Source: Blastocystis sp. subtype 4
Lineage: Eukaryota
Direction of reading: 5' to 3'
DNA: 42,934 nucleotides
Assembly: GCF_000743755.1 (NCBI RefSeq)
Contig: NW_014569485.1
Coordinates: 1 to 42,934 of the forward strand
Shown piece by piece: positions 11,845-25,515 of this stretch. The notes below the pieces were generated by a model. The model was not told the origin of the DNA and ran no database searches. It saw only the letters and a program-made list of their open reading frames with translations. The stretch's first letter is position 1; each line of letters starts with the position of its first letter. The translations under genes were made by a program, and so were the position numbers.

Positions 11845-14800
11845 CTATTTTAAACTTGATGTCATAAGTCCTCGACTAGGTGAGATCATTGTCGAAGATC
11901 GTGAAAAAGACGTTCCACTCATTCCCGAAAATTGCGAATGCGAATAAGAATGCCCACTTCGTTGTGTTCCTGACGACGGTGTAATTCCTGTCAGTCCTTC
12001 ATAATCCGAATAGATCTCATCCACAACCACAGGATTCACAATATCACCTTCATCACTACTGCTTTCTTCCTTCTTCATTTCCACACTTCCTCGTCGTGAT
12101 ATTCCCTTTTCTGCACACTAATCCTCAGTCCTTATCAACTTCTCATACTGTGTCAAAATCGGCCCAGTTATGTTCATCCCAACGAATATCATCAAAGAGT
12201 TGAAAGACGAACTTTCTCCAACCACGGGGGAACAAAGAAAGTGAAAACATATGATGAATGCACAAAAGAGTCACTATTTCTGACATTTCAAAAGTACTCA
12301 TTACATGGAGATTGGAAAATCCAAGGCTTATTTCGCTTCATATCTTCGATCTGAATTCGTGCCTCGTAGCTATAGACTGTAGAATTCAAAAGTGCTATAA
12401 ATCATGGAGTGACAACAATAGGACTGATTTTCTGAATGAGATCGATAATGTCTCTGTGATCTGACAAATCTGTTAGTAGAATGTCACTAGGACATTCTTG
12501 AGACTTGTCGTAGTGATGAGTATCATCATCAAATGTCACATCAATATGAGTATTCCCGTGGGAATCAACAGAATTGGTACTGTTGGTACGAGTTCGTCGA
12601 CTACCCAAGGATGATCCGACAGAGCTGTCAGCAGTGGTGGAGGAAGTGAAATGGGAGACAGATTTGATGATACCAGATGAACGAGCAGTGACAGAAGGAG
12701 GAAGAGAGAGAGGTAACTCCTTACGCTGATGATTGGATGTACGAGTGAAGTGATTGCATTGAGGAAGTGTCCAGTTATCAGTCGAAATGATATCTGAGAA
12801 GAAGGATTCGAATTCTTGGGGCAGACAAATGGAATGATGATTCGTAGCTTCACAGTTCCAACCTAGTTTCTGAAGAGGAAGATGAAGATCAGGATTTGAG
12901 GCAAGGAATGAGAGAACCATCAGACAGCTTCCTCTCATGGTGAGGGAGTTATCACTGTGAGCCATACGAGTTAGTGATTCTAGAAAGTCTATTCTCCCAT
13001 GGTTCTTTAGAAAGAGCAATCCTTTAGGTAAAACAGCGATATGAGCTAAGGACCAAAGAACAGCTCTTCGGTTTTGTAAGGATTCATGGGGATCTTCCAT
13101 CATTGAGCACATACTCTGAAGTTGAATGATCTCACGCAATATCGTGCGTCCTCCAGGAGTTGGAAATAAAGACCCGAAAATGTGAGGAGGTAGAATGAAT
13201 GGAGAAGGTCTGAATATGATTAAGGCATGATACAATACTTGTGAGGAATTAGGTCTACAATGAAGTCCACACTTTGCAGACTAAACGTCCTTCCCAGAGT
13301 AACATCAGATGCTTTGAAATCTCCTTCAGAAACAACAAACTGCCAGACACAAGGACTATCTTACAATGATTCATCTCAATCTCCCCCATACCATCCTTGC
13401 AATACCGAAACACACCGTCACTCCGACCTGTACTCACAACAGTCTCCAATTTTGGGGCTACTTCACAATAACTGACTTCTTCTCCTCCTATGCTTCCTTT
13501 CGAAAGCAAATACTTTTTTATTCGATTCTACTAGTGATTCTCCTGATCGACAGCCTACTCCTCGCACATACTCATCACTCAATTCTTCTGTTCGCTTATC
13601 ACCATCTGATGCAAACTTCACCCAGTCACTTGTCGTATCAACACCTCGTACATCACTGAACGACCCTCGATTCTCCACACAGTCTGTTCCAATATACAGA
13701 TAAGCGTGAAGAATTGATCCGATAGGAACTTTGATTGGTCTCTCTTCTTGTGCATCCACATCAAACAATAACCCACGGATACTGATCTCATCTCTATTAA
13801 ACAATCCATTGAAATGGGTTGGGGTTAATAAGGATACTTCTGTGTCCACATCATAAACACTTGACTGACCAGTGTTTAACGTCACTTCAATCTAATCATT
13901 ATCACCAATCATCTTCATTACCTCAATTCTCCATGGAATATGACACAACCATTCTGTTCTTCTTCGATTTCCTTCTAAATACGTAAAGACAACGTGAGTT
14001 GGAGGTTGGATTTTCATTGGCTGCACCAGTAACGTCGAATCAGATTCCAACATGATTGGTTTAGTAAGAGTCTGATCGGGGTTTAGCATCAATCGTACTG
14101 CCAGACCATCTTCAACTTCATCAACATAATCATAGATATGATACATCTACCAAATTACCCTCTATTTTTGTCATTACCATAAAAGACTTGAATTCATTTG
14201 TCAGATAGTCTCCCAGTTCATCAAAGAGAGCAAAACCATCCCCAGTGCTAATAAGCCGATAGATCAGGAGACGAGCTTCATCCAGTCGAGTCAATACCTC
14301 CACACATTCCTTGTTTTCTTTCAAATTTTGAATCAGACATTCCACTTCTCTCACATCCATTGTATTCTCATATAGAATGTCCACAACCACACTTGTTAGA
14401 CGAGCTGCAATTGAGATCTCACGCACCAACAATGGAATACCCCATTCATGGAATTCATGGCCTGCTTGTGGTTCGCGAAAAACACTCTTTAACCGTGATA
14501 AACATGCCAGTTTCATGGAAATACTTCCATTCTTGAGGAAGGAAGCAAATGTTTCTCGAGCTTTGGTTGAAGACGGTCTGAGAATGTCCAACTGAGATAC
14601 AATAAGACGGAGAACGAATTCATTACAATTAGGATACGTATCATGAGCAGCAATTCCTGATATCACATCCTCCAACATCTGCTTATCAAAAAAGACATCG
14701 ACACGCTTTGCATAGAAAAGACGAATAAATATGACAAGATAGAAATAGGCCTGATTTTTGACAATTCATAAAAAAGTCCTACATTCGTGTATTTGAGATT

Positions 14801-17800
14801 ATAGAGACAGAAGAGACCCGTACTTCGATTGGCTTTAGCATCTTGAAGTTGAAGAAGGAGTTGGTCGGCACAATACTTCATTAACCGTGTTTTACGGATA
14901 ACAGGAATCTTTCCTACATCTGCTTGCATGATCAGAATGAACCATAATGCCACACATGTTACGTAGATGGAAGAATGACACTATAATGAATCTATGAAGC
15001 CAATCGTACATTGATTGGAAGATTAGCTACTCCAAATGTATGGCGATCTTGATAGCAAGAGAACGTATTGTGAAGTGCGTAACCAAGAGATTCAGCAAAG
15101 AGATTTGTGAATGATTGACTCGAAGTAGCAATGACCATACACTCTTGTAGCTGTTGCCAATCCCACTGGTAGATTGGTTTGGTTACGTTTCGCTAGATAT
15201 GAATTATGAATTTATTGGATACTTGAACATTTCGAATCATATTCAAAAAATAGGCCTTATTTTGGCAAATTTCTTTGTAACTCCTTCCAACAAAAGACTG
15301 AAATGGGACACCTTGATCACAAATCCAGTCAAAAAGATTAAGTTCACGAGTAATGGTGGTATTATCACAATAGCAATCCAAAATACAGTGAAAAAGCGTG
15401 AAATTAGCAAAAGTATTGGTTAATGAACTTGGAACAAATGTTTCACTCTCAAGGATTGGATAGAGGAATGTGGAAGTAGAACCAATGTCCACAAAACAGT
15501 CTCGAGAACGTGCTTTATGTCTCAAATCTTCTTCATTCTCATTATCCTGATTTTGGAACGATAACAAAGCATGCTGAGCGGTTTTGCATGTTGTCACATC
15601 TGACATGCGTACAAAAACAGAAGAAATATGAATCAGATTCTGAAGGAGTCTCTTCGCCAGAAATGAAACTTCGGCATTTCCTGTCACCATCAAATTCGAG
15701 AGAATTTCTGGCAATTTACTATTGAGAAAAGACCATATCACAAAGCTTAAGTAGGATGTTAAGAGATTTGTTTGAGGTTGGATGAATGTATGAGGATGAG
15801 AATCAGTCTGACTAATATCAGAAAGGAAGAGAGAGCACGAGTTCCAGTAAATGTTGTTAGGATGAGAGACGGATTCTTCCTCTAGAAGAGAAGGTGTTGG
15901 CATTCCAATCACAGTGAATAGAACAGAAAGCATTTGTTTGGCTAATTCTGGTTCTTCTTCTGAATGAGTCGCCAGAATATTGAAATAACTATTCAGTCCA
16001 TTCAAATCACCTGAGAAGATAAGGAGACCAGTCCATGTGCGAAGTATTGTCAACAGAACAAGATTGGACATATAACGAGAGACTTGAAGTTCACTCTGTT
16101 TGTCAGGAGGAAGTGATTTGGATTCAATAAGAAGAGGATCGAGAACGATCTATACGTTAGCGAGTTCACCCAGAATCACTTGAAGATCCAAAATCGTCTT
16201 CTTCTGACGAAAACGGTAATCATTCAGATAGTAGAGACAGGCTAAAACCGAACTTTGTAACAAACTACAGTTACACGTCTCAACACAGCCATTTAACAGA
16301 ACTTGAACACCATCACAAAATACTACTTTTTCTGGAATGTGAATCATTAGTTGGAGAACAAGTTTAAGACAAGCAGTTCGTAATGGATCCGTAGAGTCAT
16401 TTGCCACACATAGGATAGAGAGAATAATTGATCGAGGAATCAAATGTGTGAAATTCTAACTCTCAGAATTAGTTCAGTTCGTACCTCAATAAGGAATGAC
16501 AGAAGGGCTAAGGCTGAATTCCGTTCCTGTGGTAGTTTATCAGATCGTTCCAATGACATGATTATGAAAACATTCAATTTGAAGGAGAACATAAGCTCAG
16601 TGATGGTCTCATTTGTACACAGATACTTGATCAAACGCAAAGCTAGAATGAATGATTACTGTGATGATTACCTGCACAACGGATAAATGTGTTATTGACC
16701 ACAAGCAATTTACGAATGATATCAAAGAGTTCTTCAAGATTCATTTCTTGGACAATTTGACGATTTACTTTCATACTCTGGATGTAAAAGAATTGGGATC
16801 CCACATACTGCAACAAGTTCATTGATTATGTCTACAACATGTTCGTATCGTCCTTCTCGAACTTCTTCAACCAGACTCTTTTGTTTCTATGCTCTATAGA
16901 ATGATTTGATCCTACATCAAGCATGATGGAATCCTTACAGAAACGACCAACACGTCTCAAACGACGTGTTGTGGTTTCATCCTCAGTCACTACTTCCGTT
17001 GTCATATCCAACAACTGAGATCCATTCTCACCCTCACTTCCCTCTTCTGTCATTTCTCTCCAATAAATCTTACCCATCCTAATCAACTCAGATTTCTTTC
17101 TTGACATGGGATCATGAATCGCTAAACCAGAAATACTGACATGTCTGTTTCGGTGATACAGGCTATGATGGTCCAGTTTCTCTTCTTCTTGTGATTGTGT
17201 TGGTTCCATCACACCGTCTAGATTCAATGGAACTGCATTCAACACATCATCATCTTCCGGTATTGGTGTAGCTGACATTGTGTTCGTTACTGAGGGAGAA
17301 GTGGTCTCATCAGGTGACTGTAAACCGTTCTTCGACTGTTCCAACTGTGATGATACATAGGTTTTGATTCTGGTGTCTTCTGTGGAAATTTGACTGCTCA
17401 CTTCAGGAATCTCACTGAATGAAGCAATCTGAGAAGGAAACATGAGAGGAGGATTCGTCTGTCCAGGATGCGTTGTTCGTAAGGGAGAACGTCCTCCAGG
17501 AGACTTGTTCATCATCACTGCTAGGTCCTGAGCCAGCTCCATGGGTGAGGAAGGAGATGTTTTGTCATAGGGAGAAGAATGTCGTGAAGTGGACGGTTGC
17601 TCGTCTTCATCTGGTCGTGGTGATAACACTTTCTCAAGAATCGATTGAGGATTCTCCTTCGGAGAGAGTGAGGAAGATGAGTGATTTGTAGGAGTTGGAG
17701 AATGAAAACGATGACCATTCTCAGGGACAACAGGAGAACTACTACGAGAACTAGATGGACGAGGTGACTTGCTCCGATGAGGAGATTTGGAGTATGGTTG

Positions 17801-18574
17801 AGGAGAAGTACTCCGAGGATGTAGAGGGAGTATCAGACGTGGAGATACTCTCTTAGTATCTTCATCGTCTGAGTGCGTCTCTACAATTGCTACACGTTCT
17901 AGTGGTAATGGAGATTGATTCTCGTCTTCTTGGGATACTGGAGATAGACTGCCCAAAAGATCAGAAAGGTCATGAGTGGTTGTAGAGGCATCTCCTTGAC
18001 GTGATTCGGGTGAAGAATCGCGGAGAGGACGAATCTCCGTCACAGGTGAAGCCACTTTTAGTTCCTTAGGAAGAAGAAGAGTACGACTCTTTGGAGGTGA
18101 ATCTTCTGTTTTAGAATCGATTCTATCCGTTCTGCGTTTCTCTGGAATCTCTTGAGCCCGAGACAGTTCATCCGAATTCCCAAAAACTGAGAATGGTGAT
18201 TCAACAGAAACGGTTTCGGAGGACTGCAAGTCTTCACTATCTGACGATTCACTGAAAATACTATTTACATTGATTACCATTCTTCCTTTTGCATGACTCT
18301 TGCGTTTCGTCCGCTCGTTATTTGCCCTTTCCACAAATGCTGTCGAAACATCCAATATATTCATATTCTTATGAATTCCATCAATTTCGATTCCTTCGTC
18401 TTGTGATTGAGTCTCAGATTCCGAAGAATCCGAATCACTCGATTGAGGAGGTGGAGGAGGAATAAAGAATTCTACAAAAATACGCTCTCCTGCAAGTACA
18501 GAATCTGGAGGAGTACTTTTAGAACGGGGTATATTCCGTTGATTCGAATCATCCGACTGAAACTTCTGTACCAT
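11845..18574 (-). CDS. RICTOR: RICTOR/Avo3 (TORC2 subunit) with long S/P-rich N-terminal extension
   Basis: ERNSALALL, LRTACLKLV, ILRTWTGLL, FHEWGIPLLV, RAVLWSLAHIA...GLLFL, SLTMRGSCLMVL and LQKLGW match RICTOR N, M and domain-5 blocks; intron 16887-16915 links the 580-aa ORF in frame. Confidence 0.85.
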
Positions 18575-18840
18575 GGTCTTGTTGATCGTCAGTTCAAATG
18601 AAAATCACACAATATCCGAGGTACACAAAGATTAAAATGAGTCCAAAAACAGAACCGATTTTGTCATTTATCTCAGTATTCGTTTGATGTGATCATTGGA
18701 TTGTAAATGCTGATAGGACGACAATAGTAGTACCAATAGGGAGAGTTTCTTGCAATGCTAACGAAGGGAGAGAAGTGATAGAATCGGAATAATAACGATT
18801 CTTAATAGTCCTATTCTTAAACTAGAATCAGATTTGTGTG

Positions 18841-20323
18841 ATGGATAAGTACATTGTTAAGAAAGTTGTTAGTAGAAAGCGACAGTGGGTCACAGAGACA
18901 GATGACGATACCAAGAATTTGAATACAACACGAGGACGATACATCACAAAGAAAGAAGTGTATTCTAGTAGAAAGGATCCTGATATTCGATTCTATTCCA
19001 AAGAAAGTATATTTTCATCGGTAATTGTGTAATGCACTAGAACCTGAGCATTTGTTGGAAAAGATTCAATTTCCATTATTTCGAAGGCGGATAGACTCAC
19101 GGTGGATACAACGTAACCGGACTTGGTTTACTAGGCAAGAAATTGGGCAGTTCAAGAAGTCTAAGATGGTTATTAGTACTTCCTTTCAATTGCCAAGAAC
19201 TGATAGACAACAAATCCAAGTTGTAAATGCCAGAACAACAGATCTTGAGTTCTCGTCGAATTCATCCTATCTTCTTGTTGCTTCGGGCTGTACAAAGGGT
19301 GGATATGTATCTGTTATCAAATCATCGTTCGACTCAAATGAGTCGTTCATTAATCCACTCTATAATTCTTCTCTGATGATTCCGACAGTTCAGTATTATT
19401 CTGTATTGTTTTAAAAAATGAATTGATAAAGTAGGAACCAGTCGTTTCAGCTCAATGGGTCCATTCTGATAATGCTATTCTTATAACTCGCAGAGCTTGT
19501 CGAGAGATATGCCTGTTAGATATCAATAGGATCAAATCTACCCCTATTGCCACTCTTCCGTACTTTGTGGATCGTGTGATTCCCTGTAGAATATTGTATG
19601 AGTGATTCAGTCTAGGTGAAAATGAGAATTGCTACATAGTGGCTCAAGGAGATGGAGTGTTAAAGATGCTTGATTGTCGGACGCGAACGAAAACGGTGAC
19701 TCTTTGGGCTCTGGATTCTCCGAAACGCAAGTCTATTAGTGCTATGATGATAGATCCTGAGAAGGAGCAGGAGGTTGTATTCTGCTACAAATCTCCTTGT
19801 ACTCTTAATATCGTGGATATGCGCAACACACATTACTCGGCTATTACGGGGAAAAAATCCCCTCAGCTTCTTTCTTCGATTTCATTAATTCCTCCTTCTT
19901 CTTCGTTTCCTCTCTCTCTCCATCCATTTTTCTCTACTGTTGTTTTGATGGATGGAAATCATGTCTAGGACGAATTGATTACTACTCTCTCAGATGGGAG
20001 TTGTATCCTTCTCAATAAGTATACCGGATCGATGCGACTGCATACAGAAGATTCAACAGGTGAACCTTATCATTGGGATGGTATCACGATACGACCCTTT
20101 CGGCCATGTATTGTCTCTCCATCATTGTATGTTCCAAGTCCAACATTTCAATCCAACTGTATTCGAGTATATGATTTCGATACCATCACTCCAAAAGGCC
20201 CTTTGCTTCTTGAAATACCGTGTGAGGAGGATGTACATGGATGCTGCTATTCGGACAAACTACATACATTTGTTGTATCTTGTGGTGGAGACCCAACAGA
20301 TCATCATTTAGTTGTTGTGCGTT
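18841..20323 (+). CDS. Probable WD40/beta-propeller protein; stop likely completed by polyadenylation
   Basis: TTDLEFSSNSSYLLVA, GDGVLKMLD, DGSCILLN, CIRVYDF; multi-exon; TGTTTGTT at 20328-20335. Confidence 0.6.
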
Positions 20324-20379
20324 CTTTTGTTTGTTGTTAGAATTGGGGATCCCAACACGGTTAATATTTATGTGAATTC

Positions 20380-21773
20380 ATGGATTCGTCGAATCGTTAT
20401 GGTTCAGATCCATTGTCCAAAGCGAGAATGAAACGTGCAGTGAAGGAAATGCACATTGAGGAATTCAATGTGAACCGGTACTATGATATGTCTCAAAAAG
20501 ATTCTTTAGTTCAACCAGATGAGAATGAAATGATAAAAGTGTTTGGTATGTGAAATTTCTATAGATGAGCGCATAGGAGATTTCAAAGTGCGGTATCGGT
20601 GGATTAAGTTTGGAGATAATATTGAATTGATTAGTCTGACAGAAAATGATATTCTTTACAAATATGGTTATATCATTGATTTTTTATGATCTATAGGTTC
20701 AATTGATCCAAGTAAGGGTATTAGCGATGTGGTAGATGCAGATGAGGTTGATGATAGTAATCCTTCTTGTGTTCATCCTTGCTTTTTTATTGCTCCCGAG
20801 AATAATATCTGTGTATGTAATATTAGCATTTTACTAGGATAGGATGTCGATTTGACTCAAGAAGAGACACCGTCGGAAGAGAGAGCAAATGAACTTGCCA
20901 AATGTTTTGAAGATGACAAAAATGGACATATTCCTCATCCCTCTGAGCGTATTGTCGAATCGGTGAAGCAAATACCTGTGAAACCGGAGCCCAAGAAGCC
21001 TGAACCGGTGAAGATGACTTCAGCAAAGCCCGTCCAATCACCAGTTACCCCATTAAAGAGTGTTGGAACGGCACCTCCAATGCGTCAAGTGGTTCCAAAG
21101 AAGCCAGTAGCTCCCGTGTCAGCCATGTCCTATCAACAGCGTCGCCAAATGTACAACACATCAAGACCAGGTCACTCACTTCCCAATCCACTTCTCTCTA
21201 TGAAGCCTCGTCCAGTCACAACGAAACCAGCTGTGGTTGTCGGATCAAATCGTCTAGCTTCTACTCGTCCTGCTGTTTCTACATTGCATCCCGTGGCTTC
21301 TGGATCTTCTGACTCTACAGTGCGTTCAGCGAAACTCGAACATCCATCTGTGACTCGTCAGCCTGCTTCTATACATCCAACACCTTTGCATCCAACTACA
21401 GTTACGCATACGACTACTCCAGTGCATCCAACACCGGTGGTACATGCATCTGTTTCTAAAGCATCCTCTACACCTCCTGTCACTCGTCTGGCTCGAAATG
21501 CATCCTCGCTTCCTAATTATATGCGAGATACGGCAGCCAGTCGTGCAAAGCAGGTTTCAACGCCCATTTCAGCGCCCTCCCAACGGTCCAATCCTGTGAG
21601 TTCGTTTCTTGGGCGTCATTTCCTAGGTTTCTGGAATTAATCCTACCCGTTCAACACCTGGAAGGATTATTGGTGCAGTAGCATCTTCAGGAGAAAAACC
21701 AACCGTTGCGAACGTATCCAAGAATGAAGGGAGTACAGTTGCTTCATTACGTGGGATTCGTTACCGAGGTTAA
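20380..21773 (+). CDS. Hypothetical protein with P/S/T-rich basic C-terminal region
   Basis: ATG at 20380; short introns; last intron 21596-21626; TAA at 21771-21773 followed by TGTTTGTT at 21778; contains PNYMRDTAASRAK. Confidence 0.6.
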
Positions 21774-21889
21774 ATTTTGTTTGTTTTGAAAGTATTTTCT
21801 CTAGTGGAATAGTTGTTCTACCGAGTTTGGATGGAAGAGATGACTTGTCAAAGTTGAAAGGGCTTCGCATCTCAAAAACCTTTCTATTG

Positions 21890-24861
21890 ATGCAGACAAC
21901 AGCAGAAGAGATTGTGGAAAACCCTGAGAATACTATATCCTTGTTCTAATGTTGATGGAGTCTCCTTTACTAGAAGGTGCCTAAAACACGGGAAGAAGAG
22001 CAGAATCAGAAATTATGGAAGCTTATGTCCACATATCTTGAGACAGGTTGGAGAATATGGAGTTGATGAGAATCAGACAAACATTCCATTCAACGCTGCA
22101 TTGTCAATCATGTAGAGTATACATTGGCTTGTAATCGTTGTAACATGACAACACACAAAGCAATGCTGGCAACAACTCTCAGCATTCGAGATAGACTTAT
22201 CGAAGATATGAATGACACGCAAACCTACATGCTGGAGACAAAAGCAAAATGTGTGAATTACTTGTCGATTGAGTATCTGTTGGGTCGATTGCTTCAGAGT
22301 GTTCTTATCAATATCAACTTAGAAGGACCGTATCGAGATGCACTTCAGGAGATGGGATATGAACTGGAAGAGTTGTATGATGATGACAAAGATGCTGCTC
22401 TGGGGAATGGTGGTTTGGGTAGACTCGCTGCATGCTATATGGATAGTTTCGCCACAATGAACATTAATGGTATTTGTAGGAGTGAGAGATGATTGGTAGC
22501 CTGGGGATATGGTATCCGCTACAACTATGGGATGTTTGAACAGAAGATTCAAAATGGATGGCAAGTAGAATACCCTGATTTCTGGCTTTCTTTTGGCAAT
22601 CCATGGGAAATCGAACGAACAGATACGAAATATGTCATTAGCTTTGGGGGGAAGTGTGTAATCCGTGAAGAGAATGGAATTCGAAAGGTATTTGTGACAT
22701 GAACAAGTCATGACTAGTATGAAGTGGTCAATGCTGAAACAATCTTGGCAGTAGCCTATGATACACCCATTCCAGGTTACAAGACACACAACTGCAATGT
22801 ACTGCGATTGTGGAAGGCAATCCCAACAGATGAAATCAATCTCGATGTATTCAATCAAGGAGATTATACAACAGCACTGGAAAGTAGTCGTCGTGCAGAG
22901 ACAATTACAAGTGTTCTCTATCCAGACGATCGTCAACTGAAAGGGAAGGAACTGCGATTGAAGCAAGAATATTTCTTTGTATCAGCCACAATTCAGGACA
23001 TTCTCCGCCGTTTCTTAAAACTTCAATTGCCATGGTCAGAGTTGCCCTCAAAGATGGCTATTCAAGTAGGGTTAGAATTAGAAGTTGATGACTAGCTCAA
23101 TGATACGCATCCTTCTCTAGCCATTCCAGAAATGATGCGTTTATTGACATCAGTGTATGATATTCCTTACGATGAAGCTTGGTCTCTAGTGACAAACTGT
23201 TTCTCATATACCAATCATACAGTGATGAGTGAAGCCTTAGAGACTTGGTCTCTTGGTATTGTTCAATCATTACTCCCATGGTAAGGTCAGTGTAATTCGT
23301 AATATACAGCATTACTCAGATTATTTTCGATATCAATTGGAATTTTATGAATTCGATTCAACATACATTTAAGAATGATCCTGATTTATTAGCAATTATG
23401 GAACAAACCTCAATATTCTCTAAAGATGCAGAGAAACGTGTTCGTATGGCGAATCTGGCTATTATTGGTTCTCACACAGTGAATGGAGTATCTGAGTTGC
23501 ATACACAGATTTTGCGAGATCAAGTCTTTAAGATGTTCTGTCGTATTGACCCTAATAAGATTATAAATGTCACGAATGGCATTACACCTCGTCGTTGGCT
23601 CCTTCAGTGTAATCCATGTATGTGATCGTGAATAGGTACAGTGTAGATTTGTCTAAAGTGATTACGGATACTCTCCAGACAGAAGAGTGGGCAATGAATC
23701 TCAAGATGTTGTCCTTGCTGAGTGATCATGCAGAAGAACCAGAGTTCCAAATGCAATGGGAACAAGCCCACACGATGGCTAAGAAGCGATTAGCTGATTT
23801 CATTGAGAAGACACAAGGAATTCAGATTCCTGAGTCGTTCCTATTCGATGTAATGGTGAAGCGAATCCATGAGTACAAACGTCAATTGATGAATATTCTT
23901 TATTGTATCTATCGTTATCGATGGATCAAAGGGATGACAGAAGAGGAAAGGAAGAATGTAGTACCTCGTGTGGTCATATTTGGTGGCAAGGCAGCTCCTT
24001 CGTATCATCGAGCAAAGAATGTAATCAAGCTTATCAACAATGTAAGCGAAGTGGTCAACAATGATCCCGAAATGGTGAAGTATCTGCGAATTGTGTTCAT
24101 TCCAGACTATTCAGTGAGTAAGGCAGAATTGATTATCCCTGCCGCTGATATCACTCAACATATTAGTACTGCTGGAACCGAAGCAAGTGGAACAAGGTAA
24201 GAGTCAGTGGTATGGATATAATGTAGCAATATGAAAAGTGCTCTGAATGGAGGTCTACTTGTAGGAACATGGGATGGAGCCACCATTGAAATTGCTTCAG
24301 CTATTGGAGAAGAGAACGTGTTCGTCTTTGGTCATAGAGAAGACGAAATTACGAAAATGCGTTTAGAGATGAGACAGTATGGAGTAAGTGAGGAGAATCA
24401 ACATGATCCTGTAGAGTGAGCAACGCCCAACTACAGTTTCAAATGAGTTATCGATGGTTCTAGGACAGTTGATGATGAATGGTTTTGGAACCTCGTCACT
24501 CATGAAGGAAATCATTGAATCCATTTGTTTTGGAAATGATTGGTATGGAGTAACCTTTGACTTCGACCAGTACGTTGCAATTCAACGGGAAGTTGATCGA
24601 GTCTGGAAGGATCGCAAAGAATGGAACAGACGCTCTATTCTTTCTACTTCGGGAATGGGTTGCTTTTCCAGCGATAATTCGTATACACTAACATCGATTC
24701 TCACAGATAGAATCCTTAACTACTGTTCTCAAGTCTGGAATATGGAGCCGTGTCTCCGACCCAATTATATCAAGGAAAAGACGTCTAGACAAAGAAGCCG
24801 TTCGTACCCTCACATGTCTTTCACAAGTGTGAGCGATGAATCCATCGGGATGGGGATATAA
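21890..24861 (+). CDS. Glycogen/starch phosphorylase (GT35)
   Basis: [55 protein letters not shown] and PLP site EASGTSNMK (split by an intron). The 5' end depends on a proposed U12 intron. Confidence 0.97.
21935..21976 (+). other. Candidate U12-type (minor spliceosome) AT-AG intron, 39 or 42 nt
   Basis: Donor ATATCCTT; branch-like TCTCCTTTAC at 21961-21970; AG at 21972-73 or 21975-76; phase-0 join restores the frame. Confidence 0.7.
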
Positions 24862-25010
24862 TCTTGGTGTTTTTGTTTGTACAACTACATTCTAATAAGA
24901 AAGGAATTGCTAACAGATCGAAACCGCGATTATTCTATCATTTCAGCGACTCCAATCTTATTACCATTCAATTGTTGACAGTCAAATTACTTTAATCTGC
25001 AACTCTAAAG

Positions 25011-25493
25011 ATGGTCTCTGTAAGTGTGTGGCTTTGAATTATCTTGCTGGCCATTATATCGGCTTATTGTTGCTGTTCGATGGAACTTGAACTAATCTCG
25101 ATTGTAGGATGCTAAGAAGGTTGAATTCACCATTGATTGCTCCATTCCTGTGAAGGACAAGGTTATGGATATTGCTTCTTTTGTATGTGTGGTTGTAGAG
25201 TGTTTATGGTTAGGAGATGTATCTTAAGGAGCACATTAAGGTAGATAATAAGCTAAACAATCTGGGAGAGGTTGTTGCTGTTTCTAGTAGCGATGAGAAG
25301 TTGTCTGTGGTAGCAAGCTGTGCGTTCTCAAAGAGATATCTTAAGGTTTGAATTAGTAGTAACGAAAGTTATTTGCTAGTACCTCACGAAGAAGTATTTG
25401 AAGAAGCAGCAGATTCGTGATTACCTTCGTGTGATTGCTAGTGGAAAGAATGGCTACAAGTTGACCTACTTCAGTCTTGCAAAGGAAGAATAG
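25011..25493 (+). CDS. RPL22: 60S ribosomal protein L22e (eL22)
   Basis: [45 protein letters not shown]; 3 introns; missed by the ORF track. Confidence 0.95.
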
Positions 25494-25515
25494 AGTGTAA
25501 TCTAATGGGTTGAAG

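Noticed and set aside
13794..13837. GTATCCTT on the minus strand in RICTOR as a U12 donor
   Set aside because: Frame is open through it, there is no branch consensus, and the nearest AG gives a stop
20003..20010. GTATCCTT in the WD40-like gene
   Set aside because: Reads as plausible coding (DGSCILLN) with an open frame and no branch motif
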